A DNA stretch of 64,000 nt from Trichoplax adhaerens (GCF_000150275.1 NW_002060943.1:8068066-8132065); one strand, 5' to 3'; positions 30,978-58,539 are shown, numbered from the stretch's first letter. Program-made: numbers and translations. Notes: generated by a model not told the origin, from the sequence alone.

Positions 30978-32019
30978 GACACGGATTGCAGTGGAAACGA
31001 TAAAGAGTTAGAGTACTGTTCAGGTTCATCTGGCTAGACTGGATAAATCAAATAAAATAAATAAAATAAAGCTTGTAATTGACCACTTTACTGCTTCATT
31101 AAAAAGATTATCACTTTCAAGTTGCTTTTTCATTGAAGGGAACTCTTCTTTATCCATCATAACCTATCATCTAGTGGATGTATTCGCCATCGACAAGGCA
31201 GTAGTGGATACTAGACCTGTTGTAGGTAATAGAAGCTGTAGGAATTCTTCTTCTTTCAAGCTGTTAACAATAGCCGAGTAGGGTTGTCTGCCTATCGTAC
31301 GACTATTTACTTTTAAACATGCTATTCCTTATTCAAAGGTAGAATAAAATACGTCAATCGATGCCACCACTGTCTCTATCGATCTACTAGTACTATTTTC
31401 ATATATTTGACTGCATTGAATGGGTCAAAGGAAGTATGCATTGGAAGTATCAAGATATTAACTCAACCAATCCCTGGGAATTAACTCTCAATGAAGAAGA
31501 CTAATTAAATCAGCGAAAATTCATTACAGAGTACACACAAGAGAAAGTGAATAAAGCATAACAACATGGTTTCATTTCTTGTACAGTTATCCTTGCAATC
31601 ATTGAAGCAACCCCATACTTACGATAGCGGCTAAACTAGAAATGGCCGTTTTACATTCCCTTCTTTCCACTGGAAGATTCTCGATTGCAATCAAAGTCGC
31701 TCCCTGTCATGGATTTGGTGGCCAAAGATGAAATGGAGTCAGACCCTCTCTGGACTAGTCTAGTCATCAAGACTTGAATTCTATCGCTTGATCAGTACAG
31801 TATAGTGCTTGACCGTTGTGTGCCTTTGTAGGACCGGTGTACCACAATGCGATCAAAATAGTGACATTATTTTTGCGAACTCTAGGTGGAGTATAATGCT
31901 ATCGATTCGTGATCATGGCTATTGAGTATTCAACTGCGCATACACCCTTGAGGCTGAAACTTGGAGTCTATGAAAGCATACGAGCAAAATGGATGTCACC
32001 TGTATTGGACTCCATCATT

Positions 32020-33830
32020 TACATACTGTACACTGTACAGTATACTGTATAGGATGTGGAGAGCCAGTGTTGTATTGTAGTGTTCTACAGTGTACAGTAC
32101 AGCTATTGCGCACTGTACTGTACTGTATGCACTGAGGTCCTTTAATTGGCCATTTTGCGATCACCGCCGCCCGAGGTAGTCTATGACTATAGCTCTCTCC
32201 TCCCGCTTCTTCCTTTGGGAGAGAGAAATAACAAATATTCTTATCTTGAGGAGTCCCTGGGGACGGAAAGCGCTCTTGTGTACAAAATAATGTTTAGGCC
32301 TTCATTTGTCGGTACTGTCCAGTGTACAGTACCACTGTACGGTAGCAATAAAATCATACTCCAATCATACTGCACAAACCAACCTAGCAGCTTTGCAGTT
32401 CCAGTATACCCTCTTTCCGTCTGTCCTCTACCGTACCGCAGTCCGGGCTGTCAGTCTGTATGCCAGGACTAGTGTACACGTGACATACATACTGTACAGT
32501 ACACTGAGTAGAGTCGTTGCCGAGCTGGACTGTACCGGACCGGACCAGACCCAGTTGGAAATTGAGTCTGTCCTCTAGCGTACCGTAGTCCGGGCTGTCA
32601 GTCTGTATGCCAGGACTAGTGTACACGTGACATACGTACTGTACAGTGTACACTGAGCACAGTCGTTGCCGAGCTGGACTGCACCGGACCGGATCGGACC
32701 CAGTTGGAAATTGAATTTTACTTGGTTTCTTGTTTCACTATAGACACAACAGACAAGCGAGTTTATGACGTAGGGAATGGTGCCGAAGTCAGATCGATAA
32801 GCCAGGACTGGAGAGAATTTTCTCTTCATTACAAGTCTCTAACTCCAATTACAAGAGACTCTATTGTAAAAAGATACAACTCCACACCTATTTCAAGTTG
32901 GTCCCACCTATATAGCACGCATAGAAGATTTCTGTATCTCTTATTGCCTTATCGAACTGACTATTGTACTGTCCACTAGTGTACAGTACAGTACAATACG
33001 AAAGCACCGTTTCATTGATTTCAATCCTTTCTGTTAGTATGGCTAGAAAGCCTATAATGAACCTGTCTTGTCTCTACACAGAACTACTGTAACATGGACT
33101 ACTCTGGCTAGAGACGAGTATAGCGGTGCATCGAGTAGTGGATGACTATCCTTACTATGCAATATTACTTTTGAAGTCTTATTGTCAAACAACAAAAGTA
33201 AAATGAACTGATTCAACTTGGCCATCATGATGAATGATGGCCAAGCTTTTCCACCACAGTTTCCACTTTCCATAGTACAGTGTACAGTGTACAGGGCAAG
33301 ACTGTCCACACTGTAGCATCCTATACTTTAGACTGTACATGACAAACAATGGAGGATTTAGGGCGTCGCCTTTGTGGGAGTGGCGTCAAGCGCGAAAACG
33401 ATGATGATAGGTGGAAGTGGGCAAAATGGCAAGACTCCCTCGCACGACATGGACTACTCCCTGCAGTAGGGTGCAATATACAGTCTAGTATATGACATAT
33501 ATGTTATAGATAGACTGTACAGAGCAGCTGTGCAGCAAGCAGTTTGCAGTCACTGCCACACAAACAGTAGGCAGAAGAAAGCCAAATCACCTAGGCCAAA
33601 GGCGATCGGAACTTTTCTAGCCTAGGCCATCGAGTTGAGAAAAAAACATAGTCAACACTGTACAACTGAGTGTACAGTACATTGGCTTCAATCAGGCAAC
33701 AATTTGTACTGTACTGTAGGCTGTAGACTACCATCTTCTGAAGCTTGACATACAGTATATTGTACTGTAGTACCGGTACACCATAGTGGTCGTAGACCTG
33801 GGTTCGGTTCGGTCCGGTTCAGACCGTTAT
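32020..33830. promoter_or_regulatory. Divergent promoter region TMEM63/GCKIII kinase with multiple TACAG/CTGTA islands
   Basis: Motif runs at ~32023-32130, 32310-32342, 32960-33000, 33272-33340 and 33655-33782; YY1-like GCCATTTT at ~32148 and AAAATGGC at ~33423; locally GC-richer. Confidence 0.5.
32420..32715. repeat. Tandem duplication of a ~147-bp GC-richer unit
   Basis: TCTGTCCTCTA...CCAGTTGGAAATTGA starts at 32420 and again at 32567, with few substitutions. Each copy contains CACGTG and TACTGTACAGT. Confidence 0.95.
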
Positions 33831-34140
33831 CATCTATATATTAGTGGGGTAAAGCGAATTGGGTAAAACCCAAGCCTACTACCATTTGGATGGGAACAAA
33901 AAGAGTAGAGATAGAAGGAGTAAAATTGTCTCCAATTGGCAATAATATCCCCGTAGCAAGAGGCCGATTACAGCTGACCAATTAGTTATAAAATCATTTC
34001 TCATTTCTTTGCAGTCCATCCATTTCAACCACTTGCGATTGGTGGCTGATCCATCTTCACTTTGAGAGTGTGATCATAAAAAAGTCGTGCCATTCTTTTG
34101 CACTTAGAGGCAAACTTCTCCTCAACTGGTGGATTGACGA

Positions 34141-40611
<6,471 letters not shown>

Positions 40612-43454
40612 CCGGATGAATGTTTTAAAGGAAGACACACCAAATGCATCATCGTTGGATAGCTACTCACGCTCATTTTATTTGACAAGTTTATTATATA
40701 CTGTACATAAAAATTGGACACTTCCTCTCTTTGATAATTGCTGAATCATAATTAAGTATGTGCTACACTATTAAAGAATTATAACATGTTATAACTATAA
40801 TCACTGGTTATAATACCAATTTTTACGATTGGGGTAAGCACCTGCTGTCTATAGTTAATATGTCTGTATCTTAATTATACTGTATTAAACAACATTACAT
40901 ACGGCAGTTTTCTAAAAGATTATAATTGCACTCGTTTGCAATCAAAACTTAAAATTTTTCTACCCAATTCTCAATTAGGCTGATATTTTGTAGAGAAATT
41001 TTGGGATTAGTAAATTATTTGTTACATTTATCAGATTGGATTGATGTCTCTTCTAGTTGACTATTATTAGACTTGTTACTCATCACATTAAAGTCTTAAT
41101 GTCTAATACAACACATGGCATATCGCTACCATGAATAGTCTTGATCACTATGACTATGTTCCTCTTTTGTATTCGCTCTTAAGTATATTCGGTAAATGAT
41201 AACTAAAGATTTCTATTTATCTAATGGTAATCCATTCATAGTAATCTATAAAATGGACTAGCAAGCGAATTTTTGAGCATTGTACCTGTTATAATGAGAA
41301 CTGTGTAGCCTAATTGGGAACCTTCATGTTCAGCACAATTTTACCCCACTTGATTTTAGATAACGCAATCAAGACTCTCAATCGAGCTTTTAAAAGTATA
41401 AATCTCTTAATACGAATTTTCACCGAGAATCATAGCTTATGTTCACGCAAACTACGCAGATAGAAGAACAGCATAGAAAATAAAAATCTTGCTGAATTTA
41501 CGGCACTGTATGTTAACTAGAACATTGATACTTTCGAAGCTGTTAATACTAAGGTGACCCAATTTTTAACAGAGAATAATGCTGTTACTGATAGCAGTCA
41601 GCTCGAAAGACGATTACTTTAGGATTGTACAGTACATTAGTTATCATAGCGAATTTCATCAATTGCGTTGTGCTATAAATACTAGCTTAAAAAATTTGAT
41701 TTAACAAAGACTATTGTGCAAGCGCTGCGGTATGCCTAGTATCGTAGTAGGCGATATACATTTTTGAATGAAAAGATAAGTACAATGGCACCATCTATAA
41801 AATATGTCGGTAAACACATGACAGATTTACCGCTGCTTGAAGTAGTAACTTTATTGTAAATAGTAACAATGTACTGTAAATATCATCCGTAAGACGTTTA
41901 CCAATAGTGTAGGTAAATTGAAAGTCTTCGTATCGAGCTGGGTGCAATAAAAATAGTTTGATATATACATGTATACATACATATATTATACACAGTACAC
42001 GAGTATATTCGTATATATTGTATGACTTCGATTAACCTTGTTTCTAGATTGCAGCTGCTAAGTGCAAATTAATTTAGTACGTATAGTTATAATGAACTCG
42101 CTTAACTTATTTTTCATTATATAATGTCCTATGATAAATGTAATTGTATACTATCACGCGTTGCGATATGCCGAAAGATTTAGTAGAAAGTAAATTCTAA
42201 CATAAATACTGTACGTGTATAAACATACCGTACAAGCAGAGTCCTGACTAGTAAAACTGACTAAATTCACTAAAAATAGTTAGCGATGTAAACGATATAG
42301 ATAAGTAGAGCATGGACTCCCGTAAGTAATAGAGGGTGCAATTAAATAAAGAATAGATAGTATTTCCCCTACTTGCGTAAGATGAAGTAAAGGTGCAGTT
42401 TTTAATTCACAGATATAACAATATCATCAAAAATAAATTCGTTTTAGAATGCCATCGATAAAATAAAGATAAGAAGCAAGTTGATCTCGATGTACAAGTT
42501 TGTTAAGGCGTATTTCAAACGAATTAACTTATAATTATATCCAGTATTTCATAATAACTTGAGATCGTATTACCATAAATGTAACACAGTATACATGGAT
42601 TGGACGTTAATACAGAAACTGATACTTAATTACGCTATTACCATCTGAAAAGCAATCATTTGAAAAAATTGCTAGTATCAGATATGATACGCACAGGATC
42701 TACAGTAGTGAGATAAAGTATACCTGAACAGGCACTATGGCGTATACTTACAAGTCGCTATGAGTTACTTTTTATTACTTTCATTGCAACATCTTTTTGT
42801 CGAGTTAAGAATAAGATTCCATATATATACTTACGTATACTATATATACACAATGGGAGAACAACTATACAGGGTAACTATCTAGACAAAATAACTAAAT
42901 AGTTATCATCTATGATCTAGTGCAAAAATGATATTGGCAGTAAGCCGATATACAGAATAAATAGAATAAGCCGAAATTTGTTACTATTGCAGTAGCCATC
43001 AGTAAGCGTTTTACAGTGAGAATAAGCAATATCTCCGCGATAATATCAACCTTTTAGGAGTTCTCTCCACTGAATACAGCTCCAATTCTTCTACAGCGTT
43101 TATAATCTGATATTGGAAAGTAATCGATGGATAGTCTGGAAGCGTTAAGATTAATGCTGGACGATGTAGTCACGACGCGTACTATTAGTATTGTAATTTA
43201 TATGTACATACAGTACATCGATTTTATTAATCTTTCAAAGACCTGATAAAAAATTGTTTGATGATCGATCGTATTTATTTTTAGGGATTATTACCTTGAT
43301 ATTAATTTTGCCTTATTTTTATATGTCCTATTCGTATGCCGTATATATATCGTTAAAAAAAATTGAACTAAATATCCAATATACCACAAGACCAGTAGTA
43401 AGATAATGTCTATCTAAAGCTATTCGAAGACAGGGGCGTCCTTCAATATTTACA

Positions 43455-44621
43455 TTAACGAGTTGCATTGATTATTGCTTTGAGTGAATTCCATCTACGT
43501 TTAAACAACTTTAACGCGTAGTTATATAATTGTATATCCATAGAATTAATTTCTCGTATTTTATGTATAATCTCAGGGCTTAACTTATATAATACTTCAG
43601 AAGCATATGTTTGATTGAAATCATATTGCATGAATGGTTGAATAAACTTCAATCCAAATCTGTGCTCGAACATTACCTGATTCTCACGTTGATACTCAAT
43701 TAGGCCAAAGTAGGCCATTCGTTTCAAATTGAACTTAGCACTATTTAAAAGTATCCTGTTACGTTGCTGCAGCGACATAGAACTATTTTCATAACAATTG
43801 ACCAATCGAAGATCAGCTAACATTCTGGTTTGGCGATTATTAGCTAAATTATATTTACAAGCGATAAAATCCTTCAAGGTAACATAATTCCAGTTACTAC
43901 CGTTATAACATGGTGGTAATTCCTTCACGGTTGGCAATCTGCCATTACATTTGTGGCGCGATTTCTTCCATGTAGCACCTCTTGTGACATGTTGATATTC
44001 ACTAAGATATCGATTGATAGGATTGCGCAATTCTGTTATAAAGTGATATCTTCGATTTGAAATTTTATGACTACGATTATTATCGAATTTTCGAAAATAA
44101 TGAGGCAAGCATTCCATTAATTCAGTATAGTCGGCATGAAGTCCACATTTCCAACCAGTCGAATAGCGTGAAAATAGCCAAATATCGGTTGAATTAGGTC
44201 GATGGCATTGGCAACGTAATTTAGATCTCTTTTTGAGTTTGCCTTTTTTATTTCTATTGCTGGCATTTTGTTTCTTACCCCCTTGACAATTGCAAGGCTG
44301 TTTCAATGACAGGTTTTGTACTAAATGTCGACCAAATGTGGTACCTCCAGTTTTCTGAATATGTAAAAAAACAATGACATCGCTATCACTGATATTAAAG
44401 GTTAAATTGTTATTCCAGAAATCGGTTGAAATATCTTCTGTCCGATCATCTTGGTCATTACTTGCTAGTGCGGTTGATAAGACAGCTTTTAAAGTAAGCC
44501 GATGATGCCATTCTGGCGCTACCATTAATCGACGATCGACAACAAAGCGATAAAAAAGTAAAATACTGAATCCAATGACTAGTAAAAACAAGAAGCTCCT
44601 GTTTAGCGCTTTCCTGGCCAT
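43455..44621 (-). CDS. HS6ST: Heparan-sulfate 6-O-sulfotransferase, intronless coding region
   Basis: Type II TM anchor, 5'-PSB motif VFLHIQKTGGTTFGRHLV, WLFSRYSTGWKCGLHAD, 3'-PB motif LRNPINRYLSEY, RGATWK and NLANNRQTRMLADL. First ATG (MARK) at 44621. Confidence 0.96.
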   Translation of the reverse strand: MARKALNRSFLFLLVIGFSILLFYRFVVDRRLMVAPEWHHRLTLKAVLSTALASNDQDDRTEDISTDFWNNNLTFNISDSDVIVFLHIQKTGGTTFGRHLVQNLSLKQPCNCQGGKKQNASNRNKKGKLKKRSKLRCQCHRPNSTDIWLFSRYSTGWKCGLHADYTELMECLPHYFRKFDNNRSHKISNRRYHFITELRNPINRYLSEYQHVTRGATWKKSRHKCNGRLPTVKELPPCYNGSNWNYVTLKDFIACKYNLANNRQTRMLADLRLVNCYENSSMSLQQRNRILLNSAKFNLKRMAYFGLIEYQRENQVMFEHRFGLKFIQPFMQYDFNQTYASEVLYKLSPEIIHKIREINSMDIQLYNYALKLFKRRWNSLKAIINATR

Positions 44622-45834
44622 CGAATCATTACCGTTGCGTACTGCTGTAAAGTGCTGACCCGTTAATAACGGTAAAATCACCAGCTAGACGCTTGTGAAA
44701 TTCAACTAAAGATACTCGCAATTGGATAAAATTGCCTCACTTGACCAAAACCAAGGGTTACACTAGGATGTTGTTAAGAATGAATCAAGAGAGCGCTCTA
44801 TCCTATTCCACAACAACAACAACAACTAAAATCGCGGGTTTGAAGTGATTTTTTAAAGCAAAGAGATGAAAAATTGATTAATTAACGGATGGATGCCTAT
44901 TCAATTGGACACTATGTACAAGGCAGCAACGGTTATCCTCCAATGCTGTCCAATGTCGTCGTCAGTAGTTTTACTGGACCGTAAGCAATTTTCCAGTGTC
45001 GATGTCACTGGTTTTCCATGAGGAGTATTGTACTCCAGCGACACATACTAGAAATAACAAGTTTATGAAGTAATTTTTTCCCTTGACAAGAAAATAGATT
45101 CAGCTAAGTGGATTGGAAGAAAAGAGCTGAAAGAAGAATGGAATGTAGCATGGAAGCAATAGCGAATTTCAATGAATTTCAAGGCTAAAAGATTGATGGA
45201 TATCCAATATGGTGTGGATCAGTTAGTTTGGTGAATTGCAATCCTCAGTAAGATATTATTCGTCTTACTGTCGCACGCCAGTAATAATGAGCAGGTAGTG
45301 TCTTGCACTGTTGCCGTGATTACTTGTTATCCCTACACAATAACAATCCTTATTTCATTCTACATAATCATATTGCAGCTTCAAGGATGCTATGCCATCT
45401 ATTTCTCTTGAATAAATACAACCTTTTCAATCACGATCAATTTCACTAATGACTGCTAATTAATTGATTGGCGTAGCTGCTTGTATTATTGAACGGAATC
45501 GATTTGACGATCAAGGGCAGCAACAGTGTTAAGAGAAATTGAATTTCTTCAACGCTCAATCATTTCATACCATTCAGTCGAGTTGAATAGGCCAGTATGA
45601 GACACTGCGGTACGCTTGTCCGTCTCCACCTCCTTGCGATTGCCTCCTGGACAACTGGACACATGGACATGCGTGTCCAAGCATGGGCAGTAGCATTGAT
45701 TTCTTGTTGGAGTGTTGAATATGGCTACACAAACACTCGCCCGTGTCGAGTCTAATCTAGAGTACAGCGCATGACACCCTGATAGTGTATTGTATCGGTT
45801 ACGAGCTGGCGGGCCAAGCCCCTTCATCTGCAAG

Positions 45835-46330
45835 TGCGTACAGTACACTAGTGACCTTTTTCAGAGTCTCTACTGTACACTGTACACTCTGAGTGTACGT
45901 GCAGTGTCCTGCAGAAGGCGTTGGCTGTGTTAGGGTTAGGGACAGACAGACACTTTCCACAGTGACAGGATACTGTACTTGTACTGATTACAAAAAATGA
46001 TGTCACCCATGGCGATCGACTTATGACTGTAGACGCCACCCAGTCGACATGATTTTTGCCAGCAATGCTTGAATTGCAATCCCTGCTTCTTCCATACAGT
46101 ATACAGTACAGTAATGTACAGTATACTCCTTTTACTTCTATGGTATGCAGTAGAATGTGCCAGCAAAAATAGTGTCGTCACGACCTCTAGCCTACAGTAC
46201 AAAGGCATCGCCAGGGTGACATCATTTCAAGCACTACACATACTGTACTGTACATGTACACTGTAGTTTCCAGACGGACTTTTTCAATCCCGTTCTGGAC
46301 ACGACTGTACTGTGCTCAGTGTATTCGCCT
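45835..46330. promoter_or_regulatory. TACAG/CTGTA islands in the HS6ST/PAK divergent region
   Basis: Runs at ~45838-45900, 45970-45990, 46095-46127 and 46235-46322. Confidence 0.5.
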
Positions 46331-46580
46331 CTCCAGCTAGCCACCATAGTAGTTACTATACCGTCTTACCATCTCATCCAGACTTTTAAGAACAAGTCCA
46401 TCCTCTTGAAGCGAAAAATAGCCGTTGTCTCGATTGTCTGTGAGAGGAGCTAACGTACTGGCTCCTGGCGTTTCAAGTTTCACAAGGAGAGTAGACGGCA
46501 TTGCTTGGGCGAAAATTGAACTTGGGTTGAATTTATAGCGATCATTCTAGCGCTGACAAACTGACCATCTACATTAACTC

Positions 46581-53025
<6,445 letters not shown>

Positions 53026-56000
53026 TACTACTGTGTACATGCTCTATCAGGTCTGCCTTAAAATTTCACTGCTCCCTTCATCGTAATCAGTGCAGTGACC
53101 ATTTTTATGTTACACAGTTTGATTATGTTGTTAAGGATTTACGTGTATAATACTTCTTCAGCAGTATAAAAACGCTTAATAATTCATATTCCAGTTTGTA
53201 AGGACTTTGAGTTATTTGTATTGTTAACATGATGATGAAGTCGGTAAGATAGCTATTTTAATTCAATTCGTGGGTCACTTTGAAATATGTGATTTTCCGA
53301 CATAGCAATATTTTCTTGTGTTTACGTACCGACCGTTTTTATATATTATATCCTTGCACTCAACATATCGTATATTTTTAACTATGTAATGCGGTCATAT
53401 GTTGGCCAATTTACGCTAGATTTAGTTACTTCTGGATAGTATCTTCTTTTGTAGCGCATAGTTTCTTACAACTTATAACTTATAGACTTGGAATTTATTT
53501 AAACCATATTCATATCCATCAACGATGAAAACAATAGGCAACTGGCAATATTATATTTGCTTAAGGAAATATTATCTTTTGAATGTGTTGGAGAGTTAAT
53601 TGCGGTATTGTAAATAAGGTTGTTATGTTGCTGTTCATTGAACGAGCAATGTTGGTAAATACTGTATACATAGATTAGAATTTTTATTTTAGACCTTTCA
53701 TGGTCACTGCAATTTTATAGTACAATCGTATACGTGATTATGAAATTATTAGCTCTTTGATACTACTTTGCTTAATTGCTTAGAACTTTGTTATTAAACC
53801 ATCACTTAGGTAGTTAAACTCTTCTGTCCTACGCTTTAGAAAGATTAATCACGTTTAGAACCTGTCATTTTCGACCATAACAACATGTTCGTATCCATGA
53901 TCAACTGCTCCTTATTCACGTTTAGAAAATAGAAAAAAACTTCTTTGATCAAACAATTCGCCTAGCTTTGTAATACTACTCAATATATAATTATCGTAAT
54001 TGCCTTACCAACTGATTTCGTCTAACAAGACTAATTGCTTATTGCGAGATAAATCTAGTTCACAATTAACGCCATCTTAATTCCAAGTTAGTACAAAAAG
54101 GAAATTGTATGTTTCTAGCTACAGTAATTTATAAACGTACATTTGTGAATCATATGCCGTTGCAAGGGTAATGTTATCCTTACTTTGATAAAGAAAACAG
54201 TTTAAACTACTTGTAATTTCTTGACTGCAATTTGTACGTATGCTAATATTCACTATGGGACGCCATCAAAATATCACATTTCCAAGAAATTTATTATGTT
54301 TTACCAATGCGTTTGTACGATAGTAAGCGCTGCATTTGCAAGAAATGCAGTAGAAACTGTTTGCTTGGCTTGTGTGTAATATGACTATGTTGTGGAAACG
54401 TAAAATGATATCCTAATCCGTATTTGTAAACATTTATGTACGTAACTGGGCAATATACTTAGTTCTGATGAGTGTTAGACATGTCGATGTAATAACTTTA
54501 AACTTTTCTGCGATGTAAATGTTTTCTTACTTAGTAATGTGGTATTCTTATGATATGCCGGGTTATAGAATATTATTAAAAATTCATGTCGTAATATATT
54601 ACGTCATCGAATATGTCAACTTTGAATCAACAGCCCTATACAATTCCTACTAATGCACAAACACTATCTTTAGTGAACTACTTATGCTATATACTGTGAG
54701 CTATTACTGCTATAAGTTGGTCCATACGTTACGCTGTACTGATCTGATCGATAAAATTATCAAAAGCAAACATCATTTATGGTACACAACCTGCATATAC
54801 TGTTTGCCATGGATTGTAAATTAACTGGCACACGTATTGGACTTAACAGATGGCTAACGCAGCAGGCAACGCAGTATTAAAAAAATAAAATTTAACTAAT
54901 GGTATGAACGACTAACCAACCAACAAAAATGTTATTGATTTGTATCACATTTATACGTAGCTGCGAGCTACCTAGATATACGAATATCAATATTCGTATA
55001 GCATGGCTGTCTATAGTTGTAAATATCAAATGTTAGCAAAACCTGCGTGCTGTCTGTATATTTATCTTGTGGGTGTGTTACGAGCTGCCGCATATGCAAC
55101 TTCTGGTTAGTATTTGAGAAAAGCTCTTAAAAGATATACATTAGTAATTCAATTTACAGCTAATTAAACTTTACCGAACCTAATCAGTATCTATAATCAA
55201 TTTATTGATAAAATTTACCTACCTCGATCGTCCCCATGATTCAATTTAAATATAGTAGCAATTTGCCCTCCCTTTGGTCGCGTAAATAATGTTTTAATAC
55301 ACAAATACAAGTACGAGCGTGATACGAGTACACGTAATTACTGTAAAATAATAGACCAGTATTATATATTAAATTATATCATTGCTCTCTGTTAACATTA
55401 ACGCAATGTCTATTTAAATTATCTAAATTGCATTTCTTACGTTCTTTCATAATACAGCATACTCTCAGATTTACGAGCACTGTATATACGCATGTACTGT
55501 ATTGTATTGAAAAATTCCCTTTTTTGTACAGTATACGTACGCTATTCCTCTTGATGAAATCAAACGAATGGCCTTTCAGCTGAACAAATCGCCGATTTTG
55601 TGCCAATTAAGGAGTAACGATATCATATGCTATTGTTACATGCGTAAAGATAGAACACAACATTTTGCATGCATACTACATCGTATTAAAACGCTTGTTT
55701 ACCTAAACCAAGCTGGACGTACCTGACATGTCTGAACCGAACACCTAAAGTCCATCCTTTAAATATAATAGACTGCTGACTACGTAAAAACACTGTAATG
55801 TCATATAGTCTTGTCTTAGCCGATTTTTTTTACCTTCTATCACGATATGTGTATTTATTTACAAGCTGCTATAGACTGTATATTGTATAATGTCTAATTA
55901 TACGGACAATATACATTAACAAATTCATGAAATGAGAAAATTATTATCGCACTAAATAGTAGGCAATCGACTTTGACTAGTAGAGTCCAGTCACAGCGCC

Positions 56001-58291
56001 TATTCGTTATGTTATTAGTTATGTTTTTCAGAATGCATAATTACCGTAGGCGCTGGCATAAGTAAACTACTGTAAGAATAACTGATTATATCAATCCCTT
56101 TTTTAAGGGGCTGACCGGAGACTTTGATAATAAAATATACGGCTATGCAGTCTTTTTTTATTTAATTATACAGATAGAAACGAACGAAGTTCGAATGTGT
56201 ACCCAATACTATCAGGAACTGTATACAAAATAAAAAGTTTGTAAATATTATTTAAAACTCGAATACGGGTTTATACTCGTCGTTTATATCTGCGTACTAC
56301 GTTGTATTGAATTAATTTAAATTGGCCATAAAGACTACGATATAAACTAAGAAAAGTATCATAAAAAATTATTATTATATAAACTGTTGATATCAATTGG
56401 AAAAAAAATTACGGGTGTGTTATAGATTTAGCATTAAATCAATCAATTCAATCTCAATTCATCCTAAATTGCATATCTGTATAGTACAGTGTACAACTAT
56501 ACATCTTGTGCAGGCGATAACCTGGTGGAATAACACAATTATATTTGTTGTTGTTCCAACCCGATTTTCGTATAACTGTTATGGGATCAGGCTGTGGCAG
56601 GGAAACGCAACGATAATTTGACCATTGAAATGCTGCGAAAACATTGCATATGAATGCATTGAGGGTGTGCTTACCTTTCCCCCTCCCCCTGGAAAAATAA
56701 AAAAAACGTGAAGAGCACACGTAATTGAATCATTTTGGCTGTGGACGTCAATTTTTCGTCATCAGCTCCTTTAGTCCTACGGGTAATTTTTGATGAAATT
56801 ATTCTACAGATGGGCCTGATTGCTAGTAAGTCAATAACCAATTATAATTCTCGTACATCCAATTAACTTTATAATACGTGTATTTATTTTGTACGTTAAC
56901 ACAAAGCAGAGATAGTCAAATCATCATCGATGGCAGTAAAGTATATTGTACGAGGATAGTCATTGCATTGCAATTTGTATAGAATTCAGCTTCTGTACCA
57001 GCGCTTGCAAGCATCGCTCGTTCGCGATCATCGATGTTCTTATACAAACAATAGAAGGTAAAACCGGGTATACTGGTTCTGCAAATGACAATAAGAAAAA
57101 AAAAAGTAAGTTTGTACGGCAGACCGACGCACGCTTGTGGAAAGTTAACGATTTTCTTTATAGCATGTCCGCTAAGCTATTAGCAGTTCATTGCAAGGGC
57201 TACGTATGAGTCAAAAAGAAAGAAAACACTTTATCGTCTTGATTTTCAAGCCATGCAGAGTTTAGCAGCATGCAGACATGACGACACAAAGTTACCTACC
57301 ATCTACGGCAATCGAGACCATCCCACCTGATCAAGTGATTAAAGCATTATTCGTACTGATTGATTGATTGATGAAAGAGGATAAATTAAAAAGACGGACG
57401 CAAAAGAAACGTATTGTGTATAAAAATTATCTCATTTATCATTGTTCGTCCAAGTACTGTAGAAATAATGCATGGTAAATAGACGTTATTAAAGATGTCG
57501 TATACTTTATCTCGATCGATGGGATATCCAGTGCAGTATTCAGGTCGTGAACAACCTACTGTAAAGTACAATGGGATATTTGCAGTGTTGTCACCTCAAA
57601 TACTAATGTAAACCTTGGACGATCAATAATTAATCAAACTTCTGTCAAAGAGATGTTTAGGGAAACTTCTTTGCTCGCTGATCGGTAACGGCAATGCGCA
57701 TATTGTGCACACACTACTAAGTCAAGGACATCACTACAAATCCCCACTGTGGGATTAATCCTTGACTGAAGGATCAATTCAACCGTATGATAAAGAGAAA
57801 ATAAAAAATTTCAATTCTCATATCATTCAATTTCATCCAATGCTGTACTCTGCAGTCTACAAACTCTACACTATGTACAATACATTAGCACAGCTTGGCA
57901 AAAGCCATCGTCATTGGCTAGTGCCATACGATTCCACTGTATATCCGTACGATCAGTGGCATTATTTTTTTTTCATCATAGCGATCCGCCGTTGTTATGC
58001 ACTATTATAATTACAGCCCAGCTACTAAGTTGACATCCTTCACTGCTTCTGATAGGCTCGTGCTTGTCGTCAAAATAAATATGTGCCCAACACCTGACCT
58101 CAGCATAAAAAAAAAAATTGACGTTATCAATCATGTCAACATGAGCAAGTACAGTGCAAAAAAAATAAAATAAAACATAATAAGGGTTGTACAACACTAG
58201 GCGATAGTACAGTACTTGTAGAACTGAAAGCTGTCAGTCAAGCACTGTACCACCGTCCCATTTCATCTCTAGCTATAGAGTGTAGCGCAGG

Positions 58292-58328
58292 TATAAAAGA
58301 TCTCTGCAATTTGAGCTAGTTCCATTAG
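58292..58328 (+). promoter_or_regulatory. TATA box and Inr-like element of the Spot14/MID1IP1-like gene
   Basis: TATAAAAG at 58292 with CCATT ~30 nt downstream; short TACAGTAC motif at ~58206. Confidence 0.5.
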
Positions 58329-58539
58329 CTCATCATTGACTATCGTGCTGGTGAATTAAGCTGGAGACATTGAAAGTTAATCTAATTGGATCGCATAACA
58401 TTCGCCTTGGCATTTATTTTGATACTTGATTGCATCTTCGATAGCAAACAACCTCTTTCCATTAATTAGATTACAGGACTGTCTTGATTGTGTCATTCTT
58501 GTTTCGTCAAGTTATTATATTGGATCACCTCAAAACATC

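Noticed and set aside
31215-31325. Exon-like minus-strand segment CLKVNSRTIGRQPYSAIVNSLKEEEFLQLLLPTT
   Set aside because: Could not be linked in frame to TMEM63 or to any recognisable gene.
56705-56721. AACGTG-N5-CACACG as a carbohydrate response element for the Spot14-like gene
   Set aside because: Both half-sites deviate from consensus; such a match is likely by chance.
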